64,000 nt of DNA from Blastocladiella emersonii ATCC 22665 (lineage: Eukaryota; Fungi; Blastocladiomycota). Location of the stretch: positions 124,001 through 188,000 of the forward strand of contig JANHCV010000013.1 in NCBI GenBank assembly GCA_025594325.1. The letters run 5' to 3'. This document shows, in pieces, positions 9,101 to 24,100 of this stretch (positions are counted from its first letter, which is position 1; each line of letters begins with the position of its first letter). The notes below the pieces were generated by a model. That model ran no database searches, was not told the DNA's origin, and was given only the letters and a program-made list of their open reading frames with translations. The position numbers were made by a program, and so were the translations under genes.

Positions 9101-12100
9101 TGATACCCAAACAAAACCATATTCAAATCTTTCACATCCCGCATGTCCAGCTAGCCAGGGACCCATAAATCACAGTATCCAACCAACAAAGTATCTGACC
9201 AAAGAAAGATCATAAACCAGCCACGCAGATAATTGTCATGGTATTCAAACAAAACCATACTCAAATCTTCGAATACCCGATGTCCAGGTGGGCAAGGGCC
9301 TATACATCACAGTGTTGAACCAACAAAGTATCTGACGATCGGGATGTATCAAACCGGCCATGCTGATAATTGTCATGGTACTCAAACATAATCATAGTCA
9401 AGTCTTCGAATATCCTCACGTCCACGTGGGCAAGGACCCAAAGCGCCAGGTATCCAAATCTACCCCGTTGTGCACACTCTCCATTATCCAAGTCTGTCAT
9501 CCTACAATTTTGGAACCCGTCGGCAAAGCTCACGGTCCAATCAACGAACAACAGCCAACCTGCCAACCTGGCTACCTACCTGCCTACCTGCCTAGCTGGC
9601 TATCTGCCTACCTGCAAACCTGCCAACCTGCCCTACCTGCTAACCAAACACACACACCGCCTCGCAAGTCCTTGTGGGCCCGCGCTCTCTGGTTGCCGTC
9701 CCAGCCAACAAAGGAATGAATGATGAGCCCTGGCAGCCTGGCAGCCTGCCACACTGACAGCCTGGCAGCCTGCCACACTGACAGCCTGACAGCGCCCACC
9801 CAGTAGTTATTAGCTACCTCGTATGTCGTCTGAGAGGGGTTCAGCAGTCAATATACGACTGGTCTCCTCCTGGCTGGCAGCTCTGCTGTCCACTCCAAGT
9901 CCTGCATGATGATGGGCCAAGGAGCGTTACGAGCAGCTCCTCTGTCTATCCGCGTGAAACCACTCACCCGCTGACGGATGTACACCACGCACCGTGCAGC
10001 GCGCACAGCGCACAGCGCCCAACGCACCACGCGCTGCGCACACGGCGCAAACGGCCACCCTGGTGACACGCACACTCGCATGAACGGCAGGCATGCAAGG
10101 CGTCCTGAACTCAACGATGATATATCGTCTAGGTCTGCTCGCTCCAACGGGTGCGCCTGCCTGCCCTCCCTGTGCCATGGATTGATTGATTCATGTCCAG
10201 TGCTGCCCCCATGCTTGCTTTCATGGCCGCGGGGTCCGTCAGGACGCCTTGCAATGGGTGCGCCAACCCCTGTTGCCAGCCATGTGGCAAGAAACACCAC
10301 AGCACCTGCGTCGCCCTGGCCACCGTACCTTGCAAACAGCGTAGCAGCCGTACTGCTTCAGAGGGCTGCAGAGGGCTGGCTGCGGAGGGCTGAGGCGGCA
10401 GGGCTCCTCCTGCAGGAGACAGTGCTGGGGCCAAGGAGTTAGTGCTAGGGACTACTAACTGAATGGTGAATGACCCACACACCACATGCTCCTGGCAGGA
10501 GTGCGTGTGGGCGCGTGGGCCTGTGTCCGTGCGTGCCTGGATTAGTCCTCCATCACAAGTGACCAAGGTGACCAAGGTGACCAAGGTGACCAAGGTGACC
10601 AAGGTGACATGCAAGCACCAAGTTAGAGCGGCGGGGCAGCCATGGAAAGAAGGGCACAGGTACAAACTACCGTACCCTGGCCGCGGCCACTTGTCGCAGA
10701 ACAGCCCTGCATGGCTCAGGACGCGGCGGGCGTTGGAGACAGGGTAGGTAGGTAGGTAGCAGCAGCAGCAGCAAGGAGCAGGACCTGGCTGGCAAACAAC
10801 ACAAGTGAAGGCGTGCGTGATGGAGTGAGAGAGTGTTGAATGAATGGATGGGTGGATGCGATGCAGACCAGCATACGTGTCGTGCGTCGTCCGGATTGGT
10901 CGGCGACCACCCGCCAATCCTGCGGCATGGCTGTGGGGGCGGCAGTGGTGGTAGTGGAGCTAGAGTGGTGTCGTGGGGCTGGTGGGGTCCCCTCTCCTTC
11001 CTGTCTCGCCTAGGTGGGTGGGCGGACGTAGCGCGCATGCGGGCGGGCAAGGTAGGAACGTTGTTCAAGCAATGGATCATGTACTTTATGGCATGTGATC
11101 TGCAAGACAGGGAGGGGGAGCGACTGTGTCTAATTTTGACCGAGGGACCTTGCTGCAGCCAACGTCTGGCCCAATCCGACCCTCCACAAATCGCAACATG
11201 CACGAAACAAATTAGCTGACGTTTGGGATGTACCAAACCAGCCACGTAGATAACTTTCATGGTACTCAAACAAGACCATACTCAAATCTTTGACTTCCTG
11301 CATGTCCAGCTAGCCAGGCTTCTGTAAATCACATTGATGACGCAACAAAATATCTGGCCATAAGAATATTGTAAACCAGCCACTCTGGCAATTGTCATGG
11401 CACTCAAACAAAACCATATTCAAATCTTCGACTTCCCGCATGCCCATGTGGGCAAGGACCTATAAATCACAGTATCGAACCAACAAAATATCTGACCATA
11501 GAAACATAGTATACCAGCCACGAGGACAATTGTCATGGTACTCAAACAAAACCATATTCAAATCTTTGACTATTCACATGTCTAGCTGGTTGGCGACCCA
11601 TAAATCGTAACATTGGAGCAACAAAATATCTGACCACGGAAATACAGTAAACAAGCCCCGGAGATAATTGTCATGGTTCTCAAACAAAACCATATTCAGA
11701 TCTTTGAATACCCCATGTCCAGGTGGTTGGGGGCCCAGAAATCGTAACATCGAACCAACAAAATATTTGACCATAGAAATATACTAAACCAGCCACGTAC
11801 GTAATTGTCGCGTTACTTAAACAAAACCATACTCAAAACTTTGACTTCCCGCATGTTCACCTAGCCAGGTACCCATAAATCACAGTATCGAGCCAACAAA
11901 AGATCTGACAATGGAAATATAGTAAACCGGCCGCGGAGAGAATTCTCATGGTACTCAAATGAAACCATACTCAAATCTATGACTTCCCACATGTCCAGCT
12001 GGTTGAGGACCCATAAATCGTAACGTCAAAGCAACAATGTATCTGACCATGGGAATATAGTAAACGAGCCCCGGAGATAATTGTCATGGTACGCAAACAA

Positions 12101-15100
12101 AACCATACTCAAGTCTATGCCTTCCCACATGTCCAGCTGGTTGGGGATCCATAAATCCCAGTATCGAACCAACAAGATATCTGACCATTGGACTATATGT
12201 AACCGATCCCGTAGGTAATTGTCATGATACCCAAACAAAACCATATTCAAATCTTTCACATCCCGCATGTCCAGCTAGCCAGGGACCCATAAATCACAGT
12301 ATCCAACCAACAAAGTATCTGACCAAAGAAAGATCATAAACCAGCCACGCAGATAATTGTCATGGTATTCAAACAAAACCATACTCAAATCTTCGAATAC
12401 CCGATGTCCAGGTGGGCAAGGGCCTATACATCACAGTGTTGAACCAACAAAGTATCTGACGATCGGGATGTATCAAACCGGCCATGCTGATAATTGTCAT
12501 GGTACTCAAACATAATCATAGTCAAGTCTTCGAATATCCTCACGTCCACGTGGGCAAGGACCCAAAGCGCCAGGTATCCAAATCTACCCCGTTGTGCACA
12601 CTCTCCATTATCCAAGTCTGTCATCCTACAATTTTGGAACCCGTCGGCAAAGCTCACGGTCCAATCAACGAACAACAGCCAACCTGCCAACCTGGCTACC
12701 TACCTGCCTACCTGCCTAGCTGGCTATCTGCCTACCTGCAAACCTGCCAACCTGCCCTACCTGCTAACCAAACACACACACCGCCTCGCAAGTCCTTGTG
12801 GGCCCGCGCTCTCTGGTTGCCGTCCCAGCCAACAAAGGAATGAATGATGAGCCCTGGCAGCCTGGCAGCCTGCCACACTGACAGCCTGGCAGCCTGCCAC
12901 ACTGACAGCCTGACAGCGCCCACCCAGTAGTTATTAGCTACCTCGTATGTCGTCTGAGAGGGGTTCAGCAGTCAATATACGACTGGTCTCCTCCTGGCTG
13001 GCAGCTCTGCTGTCCACTCCAAGTCCTGCATGATGATGGGCCAAGGAGCGTTACGAGCAGCTCCTCTGTCTATCCGCGTGAAACCACTCACCCGCTGACG
13101 GATGTACACCACGCACCGTGCAGCGCGCACAGCGCACAGCGCCCAACGCACCACGCGCTGCGCACACGGCGCAAACGGCCACCCTGGTGACACGCACACT
13201 CGCATGAACGGCAGGCATGCAAGGCGTCCTGAACTCAACGATGATATATCGTCTAGGTCTGCTCGCTCCAACGGGTGCGCCTGCCTGCCCTCCCTGTGCC
13301 ATGGATTGATTGATTCATGTCCAGTGCTGCCCCCATGCTTGCTTTCATGGCCGCGGGGTCCGTCAGGACGCCTTGCAATGGGTGCGCCAACCCCTGTTGC
13401 CAGCCATGTGGCAAGAAACACCACAGCACCTGCGTCGCCCTGGCCACCGTACCTTGCAAACAGCGTAGCAGCCGTACTGCTTCAGAGGGCTGCAGAGGGC
13501 TGGCTGCGGAGGGCTGAGGCGGCAGGGCTCCTCCTGCAGGAGACAGTGCTGGGGCCAAGGAGTTAGTGCTAGGGACTACTAACTGAATGGTGAATGACCC
13601 ACACACCACATGCTCCTGGCAGGAGTGCGTGTGGGCGCGTGGGCCTGTGTCCGTGCGTGCCTGGATTAGTCCTCCATCACAAGTGACCAAGGTGACCAAG
13701 GTGACCAAGGTGACCAAGGTGACCAAGGTGACATGCAAGCACCAAGTTAGAGCGGCGGGGCAGCCATGGAAAGAAGGGCACAGGTACAAACTACCGTACC
13801 CTGGCCGCGGCCACTTGTCGCAGAACAGCCCTGCATGGCTCAGGACGCGGCGGGCGTTGGAGACAGGGTAGGTAGGTAGGTAGCAGCAGCAGCAGCAAGG
13901 AGCAGGACCTGGCTGGCAAACAACACAAGTGAAGGCGTGCGTGATGGAGTGAGAGAGTGTTGAATGAATGGATGGGTGGATGCGATGCAGACCAGCATAC
14001 GTGTCGTGCGTCGTCCGGATTGGTCGGCGACCACCCGCCAATCCTGCGGCATGGCTGTGGGGGCGGCAGTGGTGGTAGTGGAGCTAGAGTGGTGTCGTGG
14101 GGCTGGTGGGGTCCCCTCTCCTTCCTGTCTCGCCTAGGTGGGTGGGCGGACGTAGCGCGCATGCGGGCGGGCAAGGTAGGAACGTTGTTCAAGCAATGGA
14201 TCATGTACTTTATGGCATGTGATCTGCAAGACAGGGAGGGGGAGCGACTGTGTCTAATTTTGACCGAGGGACCTTGCTGCAGCCAACGTCTGGCCCAATC
14301 CGACCCTCCACAAATCGCAACATGCACGAAACAAGTTAGCTGACGTTTGGGATGTACCAAACCAGCCACGTAGATAACTTTCATGGTACTCAAACAAGAC
14401 CATACTCAAATCTTTGACTTCCTGCATGTCCAGCTAGCCAGGCTTCTGTAAATCACATTGATGACGCAACAAAATATCTGGCCATAAGAATATTGTAAAC
14501 CAGCCACTCTGGCAATTGTCATGGCACTCAAACAAAACCATATTCAAATCTTCGACTTCCCGCATGCCCATGTGGGCAAGGACCTATAAATCACAGTATC
14601 GAACCAACAAAATATCTGACCATAGAAACATAGTATACCAGCCACGAGGACAATTGTCATGGTACTCAAACAAAACCATATTCAAATCTTTGACTATTCA
14701 CATGTCTAGCTGGTTGGCGACCCATAAATCGTAACATTGGAGCAACAAAATATCTGACCACGGAAATACAGTAAACAAGCCCCGGAGATAATTGTCATGG
14801 TTCTCAAACAAAACCATATTCAGATCTTTGAATACCCCATGTCCAGGTGGTTGGGGGCCCAGAAATCGTAACATCGAACCAACAAAATATTTGACCATAG
14901 AAATATACTAAACCAGCCACGTACGTAATTGTCGCGTTACTTAAACAAAACCATACTCAAAACTTTGACTTCCCGCATGTTCACCTAGCCAGGTACCCAT
15001 AAATCACAGTATCGAGCCAACAAAAGATCTGACAATGGAAATATAGTAAACCGGCCGCGGAGAGAATTCTCATGGTACTCAAATGAAACCATACTCAAAT

Positions 15101-18100
15101 CTATGACTTCCCACATGTCCAGCTGGTTGAGGACCCATAAATCGTAACGTCAAAGCAACAATGTATCTGACCATGGGAATATAGTAAACGAGCCCCGGAG
15201 ATAATTGTCATGGTACGCAAACAAAACCATACTCAAGTCTATGCCTTCCCACATGTCCAGCTGGTTGGGGATCCATAAATCCCAGTATCGAACCAACAAG
15301 ATATCTGACCATTGGACTATATGTAACCGATCCCGTAGGTAATTGTCATGATACCCAAACAAAACCATATTCAAATCTTTCACATCCCGCATGTCCAGCT
15401 AGCCAGGGACCCATAAATCACAGTATCCAACCAACAAAGTATCTGACCAAAGAAAGATCATAAACCAGCCACGCAGATAATTGTCATGGTATTCAAACAA
15501 AACCATACTCAAATCTTCGAATACCCGATGTCCAGGTGGGCAAGGGCCTATACATCACAGTGTTGAACCAACAAAGTATCTGACGATCGGGATGTATCAA
15601 ACCGGCCATGCTGATAATTGTCATGGTACTCAAACATAATCATAGTCAAGTCTTCGAATATCCTCACGTCCACGTGGGCAAGGACCCAAAGCGCCAGGTA
15701 TCCAAATCTACCCCGTTGTGCACACTCTCCATTATCCAAGTCTGTCATCCTACAATTTTGGAACCCGTCGGCAAAGCTCACGGTCCAATCAACGAACAAC
15801 AGCCAACCTGCCAACCTGGCTACCTACCTGCCTACCTGCCTAGCTGGCTATCTGCCTACCTGCAAACCTGCCAACCTGCCCTACCTGCTAACCAAACACA
15901 CACACCGCCTCGCAAGTCCTTGTGGGCCCGCGCTCTCTGGTTGCCGTCCCAGCCAACAAAGGAATGAATGATGAGCCCTGGCAGCCTGGCAGCCTGCCAC
16001 ACTGACAGCCTGGCAGCCTGCCACACTGACAGCCTGACAGCGCCCACCCAGTAGTTATTAGCTACCTCGTATGTCGTCTGAGAGGGGTTCAGCAGTCAAT
16101 ATACGACTGGTCTCCTCCTGGCTGGCAGCTCTGCTGTCCACTCCAAGTCCTGCATGATGATGGGCCAAGGAGCGTTACGAGCAGCTCCTCTGTCTATCCG
16201 CGTGAAACCACTCACCCGCTGACGGATGTACACCACGCACCGTGCAGCGCGCACAGCGCACAGCGCCCAACGCACCACGCGCTGCGCACACGGCGCAAAC
16301 GGCCACCCTGGTGACACGCACACTCGCATGAACGGCAGGCATGCAAGGCGTCCTGAACTCAACGATGATATATCGTCTAGGTCTGCTCGCTCCAACGGGT
16401 GCGCCTGCCTGCCCTCCCTGTGCCATGGATTGATTGATTCATGTCCAGTGCTGCCCCCATGCTTGCTTTCATGGCCGCGGGGTCCGTCAGGACGCCTTGC
16501 AATGGGTGCGCCAACCCCTGTTGCCAGCCATGTGGCAAGAAACACCACAGCACCTGCGTCGCCCTGGCCACCGTACCTTGCAAACAGCGTAGCAGCCGTA
16601 CTGCTTCAGAGGGCTGCAGAGGGCTGGCTGCGGAGGGCTGAGGCGGCAGGGCTCCTCCTGCAGGAGACAGTGCTGGGGCCAAGGAGTTAGTGCTAGGGAC
16701 TACTAACTGAATGGTGAATGACCCACACACCACATGCTCCTGGCAGGAGTGCGTGTGGGCGCGTGGGCCTGTGTCCGTGCGTGCCTGGATTAGTCCTCCA
16801 TCACAAGTGACCAAGGTGACCAAGGTGACCAAGGTGACCAAGGTGACCAAGGTGACATGCAAGCACCAAGTTAGAGCGGCGGGGCAGCCATGGAAAGAAG
16901 GGCACAGGTACAAACTACCGTACCCTGGCCGCGGCCACTTGTCGCAGAACAGCCCTGCATGGCTCAGGACGCGGCGGGCGTTGGAGACAGGGTAGGTAGG
17001 TAGGTAGCAGCAGCAGCAGCAAGGAGCAGGACCTGGCTGGCAAACAACACAAGTGAAGGCGTGCGTGATGGAGTGAGAGAGTGTTGAATGAATGGATGGG
17101 TGGATGCGATGCAGACCAGCATACGTGTCGTGCGTCGTCCGGATTGGTCGGCGACCACCCGCCAATCCTGCGGCATGGCTGTGGGGGCGGCAGTGGTGGT
17201 AGTGGAGCTAGAGTGGTGTCGTGGGGCTGGTGGGGTCCCCTCTCCTTCCTGTCTCGCCTAGGTGGGTGGGCGGACGTAGCGCGCATGCGGGCGGGCAAGG
17301 TAGGAACGTTGTTCAAGCAATGGATCATGTACTTTATGGCATGTGATCTGCAAGACAGGGAGGGGGAGCGACTGTGTCTAATTTTGACCGAGGGACCTTG
17401 CTGCAGCCAACGTCTGGCCCAATCCGACCCTCCACAAATCGCAACATGCACGAAACAAGTTAGCTGACGTTTGGGATGTACCAAACCAGCCACGTAGATA
17501 ACTTTCATGGTACTCAAACAAGACCATACTCAAATCTTTGACTTCCTGCATGTCCAGCTAGCCAGGCTTCTGTAAATCACATTGATGACGCAACAAAATA
17601 TCTGGCCATAAGAATATTGTAAACCAGCCACTCTGGCAATTGTCATGGCACTCAAACAAAACCATATTCAAATCTTCGACTTCCCGCATGCCCATGTGGG
17701 CAAGGACCTATAAATCACAGTATCGAACCAACAAAATATCTGACCATAGAAACATAGTATACCAGCCACGAGGACAATTGTCATGGTACTCAAACAAAAC
17801 CATATTCAAATCTTTGACTATTCACATGTCTAGCTGGTTGGCGACCCATAAATCGTAACATTGGAGCAACAAAATATCTGACCACGGAAATACAGTAAAC
17901 AAGCCCCGGAGATAATTGTCATGGTTCTCAAACAAAACCATATTCAGATCTTTGAATACCCCATGTCCAGGTGGTTGGGGGCCCAGAAATCGTAACATCG
18001 AACCAACAAAATATTTGACCATAGAAATATACTAAACCAGCCACGTACGTAATTGTCGCGTTACTTAAACAAAACCATACTCAAAACTTTGACTTCCCGC

Positions 18101-21100
18101 ATGTTCACCTAGCCAGGTACCCATAAATCACAGTATCGAGCCAACAAAAGATCTGACAATGGAAATATAGTAAACCGGCCGCGGAGAGAATTCTCATGGT
18201 ACTCAAATGAAACCATACTCAAATCTATGACTTCCCACATGTCCAGCTGGTTGAGGACCCATAAATCGTAACGTCAAAGCAACAATGTATCTGACCATGG
18301 GAATATAGTAAACGAGCCCCGGAGATAATTGTCATGGTACGCAAACAAAACCATACTCAAGTCTATGCCTTCCCACATGTCCAGCTGGTTGGGGATCCAT
18401 AAATCCCAGTATCGAACCAACAAGATATCTGACCATTGGACTATATGTAACCGATCCCGTAGGTAATTGTCATGATACCCAAACAAAACCATATTCAAAT
18501 CTTTCACATCCCGCATGTCCAGCTAGCCAGGGACCCATAAATCACAGTATCCAACCAACAAAGTATCTGACCAAAGAAAGATCATAAACCAGCCACGCAG
18601 ATAATTGTCATGGTATTCAAACAAAACCATACTCAAATCTTCGAATACCCGATGTCCAGGTGGGCAAGGGCCTATACATCACAGTGTTGAACCAACAAAG
18701 TATCTGACGATCGGGATGTATCAAACCGGCCATGCTGATAATCGTCATGGTACTCAAACATAATCATAGTCAAGTCTTCGAATATCCTCACGTCCACGTG
18801 GGCAAGGACCCAAAGCGCCAGGTATCCAAATCTACCCCGTTGTGCACACTCTCCATTATCCAAGTCTGTCATCCTACAATTTTGGAACCCGTCGGCAAAG
18901 CTCACGGTCCAATCAACGAACAACAGCCAACCTGCCAACCTGGCTACCTACCTGCCTACCTGCCTAGCTGGCTATCTGCCTACCTGCAAACCTGCCAACC
19001 TGCCCTACCTGCTAACCAAACACACACACCGCCTCGCAAGTCCTTGTGGGCCCGCGCTCTCTGGTTGCCGTCCCAGCCAACAAAGGAATGAATGATGAGC
19101 CCTGGCAGCCTGGCAGCCTGCCACACTGACAGCCTGGCAGCCTGCCACACTGACAGCCTGACAGCGCCCACCCAGTAGTTATTAGCTACCTCGTATGTCA
19201 TCTGAGAGGGGTTCAGCAGTCAATATACGACTGGTCTCCTCCTGGCTGGCAGCTCTGCTGTCCACTCCAAGTCCTGCATGATGATGGGCCAAGGAGCGTT
19301 ACGAGCAGCTCCTCTGTCTATCCGCGTGAAACCACTCACCCGCTGACGGATGTACACCACGCACCGTGCAGCGCGCACAGCGCACAGCGCCCAACGCACC
19401 ACGCGCTGCGCACACGGCGCAAACGGCCACCCTGGTGACACGCACACTCGCATGAACGGCAGGCATGCAAGGCGTCCTGAACTCAACGATGATATATCGT
19501 CTAGGTCTGCTCGCTCCAACGGGTGCGCCTGCCTGCCCTCCCTGTGCCATGGATTGATTGATTCATGTCCAGTGCTGCCCCCATGCTTGCTTTCATGGCC
19601 GCGGGGTCCGTCAGGACGCCTTGCAATGGGTGCGCCAACCCCTGTTGCCAGCCATGTGGCAAGAAACACCACAGCACCTGCGTCGCCCTGGCCACCGTAC
19701 CTTGCAAACAGCGTAGCAGCCGTACTGCTTCAGAGGGCTGCAGAGGGCTGGCTGCGGAGGGCTGAGGCGGCAGGGCTCCTCCTGCAGGAGACAGTGCTGG
19801 GGCCAAGGAGTTAGTGCTAGGGACTACTAACTGAATGGTGAATGACCCACACACCACATGCTCCTGGCAGGAGTGCGTGTGGGCGCGTGGGCCTGTGTCC
19901 GTGCGTGCCTGGATTAGTCCTCCATCACAAGTGACCAAGGTGACCAAGGTGACCAAGGTGACCAAGGTGACCAAGGTGACATGCAAGCACCAAGTTAGAG
20001 CGGCGGGGCAGCCATGGAAAGAAGGGCACAGGTACAAACTACCGTACCCTGGCCGCGGCCACTAGTCGCAGAACAGCCCTGCATGGCTCAGGACGCGGCG
20101 GGCGTTGGAGACAGGGTAGGTAGGTAGGTAGCAGCAGCAGCAGCAAGGAGCAGGACCTGGCTGGCAAACAACACAAGTGAAGGCGTGCGTGATGGAGTGA
20201 GAGAGTGTTGAATGAATGGATGGGTGGATGCGATGCAGACCAGCATACGTGTCGTGCGTCGTCCGGATTGGTCGGCGACCACCCGCCAATCCTGCGGCAT
20301 GGCTGTGGGGGCGGCAGTGGTGGTAGTGGAGCTAGAGTGGTGTCGTGGGGCTGGTGGGGTCCCCTCTCCTTCCTGTCTCGCCTAGGTGGGTGGGCGGACG
20401 TAGCGCGCATGCGGGCGGGCAAGGTAGGAACGTTGTTCAAGCAATGGATCATGTACTTTATGGCATGTGATCTGCAAGACAGGGAGGGGGAGCGACTGTG
20501 TCTAATTTTGACCGAGGGACCTTGCTGCAGCCAACGTCTGGCCCAATCCGACCCTCCACAAATCGCAACATGCACGAAACAAATTAGCTGACGTTTGGGA
20601 TGTACCAAACCAGCCACGTAGATAACTTTCATGGTACTCAAACAAGACCATACTCAAATCTTTGACTTCCTGCATGTCCAGCTAGCCAGGCTTCTGTAAA
20701 TCACATTGATGACGCAACAAAATATCTGGCCATAAGAATATTGTAAACCAGCCACTCTGGCAATTGTCATGGCACTCAAACAAAACCATATTCAAATCTT
20801 CGACTTCCCGCATGCCCATGTGGGCAAGGACCTATAAATCACAGTATCGAACCAACAAAATATCTGACCATAGAAACATAGTATACCAGCCACGAGGACA
20901 ATTGTCATGGTACTCAAACAAAACCATATTCAAATCTTTGACTATTCACATGTCTAGCTGGTTGGCGACCCATAAATCGTAACATTGGAGCAACAAAATA
21001 TCTGACCACGGAAATACAGTAAACAAGCCCCGGAGATAATTGTCATGGTTCTCAAACAAAACCATATTCAGATCTTTGAATACCCCATGTCCAGGTGGTT

Positions 21101-24100
21101 GGGGGCCCAGAAATCGTAACATCGAACCAACAAAATATTTGACCATAGAAATATACTAAACCAGCCACGTACGTAATTGTCGCGTTACTTAAACAAAACC
21201 ATACTCAAAACTTTGACTTCCCGCATGTTCACCTAGCCAGGTACCCATAAATCACAGTATCGAGCCAACAAAAGATCTGACAATGGAAATATAGTAAACC
21301 GGCCGCGGAGAGAATTCTCATGGTACTCAAATGAAACCATACTCAAATCTATGACTTCCCACATGTCCAGCTGGTTGAGGACCCATAAATCGTAACGTCA
21401 AAGCAACAATGTATCTGACCATGGGAATATAGTAAACGAGCCCCGGAGATAATTGTCATGGTACGCAAACAAAACCATACTCAAGTCTATGCCTTCCCAC
21501 ATGTCCAGCTGGTTGGGGATCCATAAATCCCAGTATCGAACCAACAAGATATCTGACCATTGGACTATATGTAACCGATCCCGTAGGTAATTGTCATGAT
21601 ACCCAAACAAAACCATATTCAAATCTTTCACATCCCGCATGTCCAGCTAGCCAGGGACCCATAAATCACAGTATCCAACCAACAAAGTATCTGACCAAAG
21701 AAAGATCATAAACCAGCCACGCAGATAATTGTCATGGTATTCAAACAAAACCATACTCAAATCTTCGAATACCCGATGTCCAGGTGGGCAAGGGCCTATA
21801 CATCACAGTGTTGAACCAACAAAGTATCTGACGATCGGGATGTATCAAACCGGCCATGCTGATAATCGTCATGGTACTCAAACATAATCATAGTCAAGTC
21901 TTCGAATATCCTCACGTCCACGTGGGCAAGGACCCAAAGCGCCAGGTATCCAAATCTACCCCGTTGTGCACACTCTCCATTATCCAAGTCTGTCATCCTA
22001 CAATTTTGGAACCCGTCGGCAAAGCTCACGGTCCAATCAACGAACAACAGCCAACCTGCCAACCTGGCTACCTACCTGCCTACCTGCCTAGCTGGCTATC
22101 TGCCTACCTGCAAACCTGCCAACCTGCCCTACCTGCTAACCAAACACACACACCGCCTCGCAAGTCCTTGTGGGCCCGCGCTCTCTGGTTGCCGTCCCAG
22201 CCAACAAAGGAATGAATGATGAGCCCTGGCAGCCTGGCAGCCTGCCACACTGACAGCCTGGCAGCCTGCCACACTGACAGCCTGACAGCGCCCACCCAGT
22301 AGTTATTAGCTACCTCGTATGTCGTCTGAGAGGGGTTCAGCAGTCAATATACGACTGGTCTCCTCCTGGCTGGCAGCTCTGCTGTCCACTCCAAGTCCTG
22401 CATGATGATGGGCCAAGGAGCGTTACGAGCAGCTCCTCTGTCTATCCGCGTGAAACCACTCACCCGCTGACGGATGTACACCACGCACCGTGCAGCGCGC
22501 ACAGCGCACAGCGCCCAACGCACCACGCGCTGCGCACACGGCGCAAACGGCCACCCTGGTGACACGCACACTCGCATGAACGGCAGGCATGCAAGGCGTC
22601 CTGAACTCAACGATGATATATCGTCTAGGTCTGCTCGCTCCAACGGGTGCGCCTGCCTGCCCTCCCTGTGCCATGGATTGATTGATTCATGTCCAGTGCT
22701 GCCCCCATGCTTGCTTTCATGGCCGCGGGGTCCGTCAGGACGCCTTGCAATGGGTGCGCCAACCCCTGTTGCCAGCCATGTGGCAAGAAACACCACAGCA
22801 CCTGCGTCGCCCTGGCCACCGTACCTTGCAAACAGCGTAGCAGCCGTACTGCTTCAGAGGGCTGCAGAGGGCTGGCTGCGGAGGGCTGAGGCGGCAGGGC
22901 TCCTCCTGCAGGAGACAGTGCTGGGGCCAAGGAGTTAGTGCTAGGGACTACTAACTGAATGGTGAATGACCCACACACCACATGCTCCTGGCAGGAGTGC
23001 GTGTGGGCGCGTGGGCCTGTGTCCGTGCGTGCCTGGATTAGTCCTCCATCACAAGTGACCAAGGTGACCAAGGTGACCAAGGTGACCAAGGTGACCAAGG
23101 TGACATGCAAGCACCAAGTTAGAGCGGCGGGGCAGCCATGGAAAGAAGGGCACAGGTACAAACTACCGTACCCTGGCCGCGGCCACTAGTCGCAGAACAG
23201 CCCTGCATGGCTCAGGACGCGGCGGGCGTTGGAGACAGGGTAGGTAGGTAGGTAGCAGCAGCAGCAGCAAGGAGCAGGACCTGGCTGGCAAACAACACAA
23301 GTGAAGGCGTGCGTGATGGAGTGAGAGAGTGTTGAATGAATGGATGGGTGGATGCGATGCAGACCAGCATACGTGTCGTGCGTCGTCCGGATTGGTCGGC
23401 GACCACCCGCCAATCCTGCGGCATGGCTGTGGGGGCGGCAGTGGTGGTAGTGGAGCTAGAGTGGTGTCGTGGGGCTGGTGGGGTCCCCTCTCCTTCCTGT
23501 CTCGCCTAGGTGGGTGGGCGGACGTAGCGCGCATGCGGGCGGGCAAGGTAGGAACGTTGTTCAAGCAATGGATCATGTACTTTATGGCATGTGATCTGCA
23601 AGACAGGGAGGGGGAGCGACTGTGTCTAATTTTGACCGAGGGACCTTGCTGCAGCCAACGTCTGGCCCAATCCGACCCTCCACAAATCGCAACATGCACG
23701 AAACAAATTAGCTGACGTTTGGGATGTACCAAACCAGCCACGTAGATAACTTTCATGGTACTCAAACAAGACCATACTCAAATCTTTGACTTCCTGCATG
23801 TCCAGCTAGCCAGGCTTCTGTAAATCACATTGATGACGCAACAAAATATCTGGCCATAAGAATATTGTAAACCAGCCACTCTGGCAATTGTCATGGCACT
23901 CAAACAAAACCATATTCAAATCTTCGACTTCCCGCATGCCCATGTGGGCAAGGACCTATAAATCACAGTATCGAACCAACAAAATATCTGACCATAGAAA
24001 CATAGTATACCAGCCACGAGGACAATTGTCATGGTACTCAAACAAAACCATATTCAAATCTTTGACTATTCACATGTCTAGCTGGTTGGCGACCCATAAA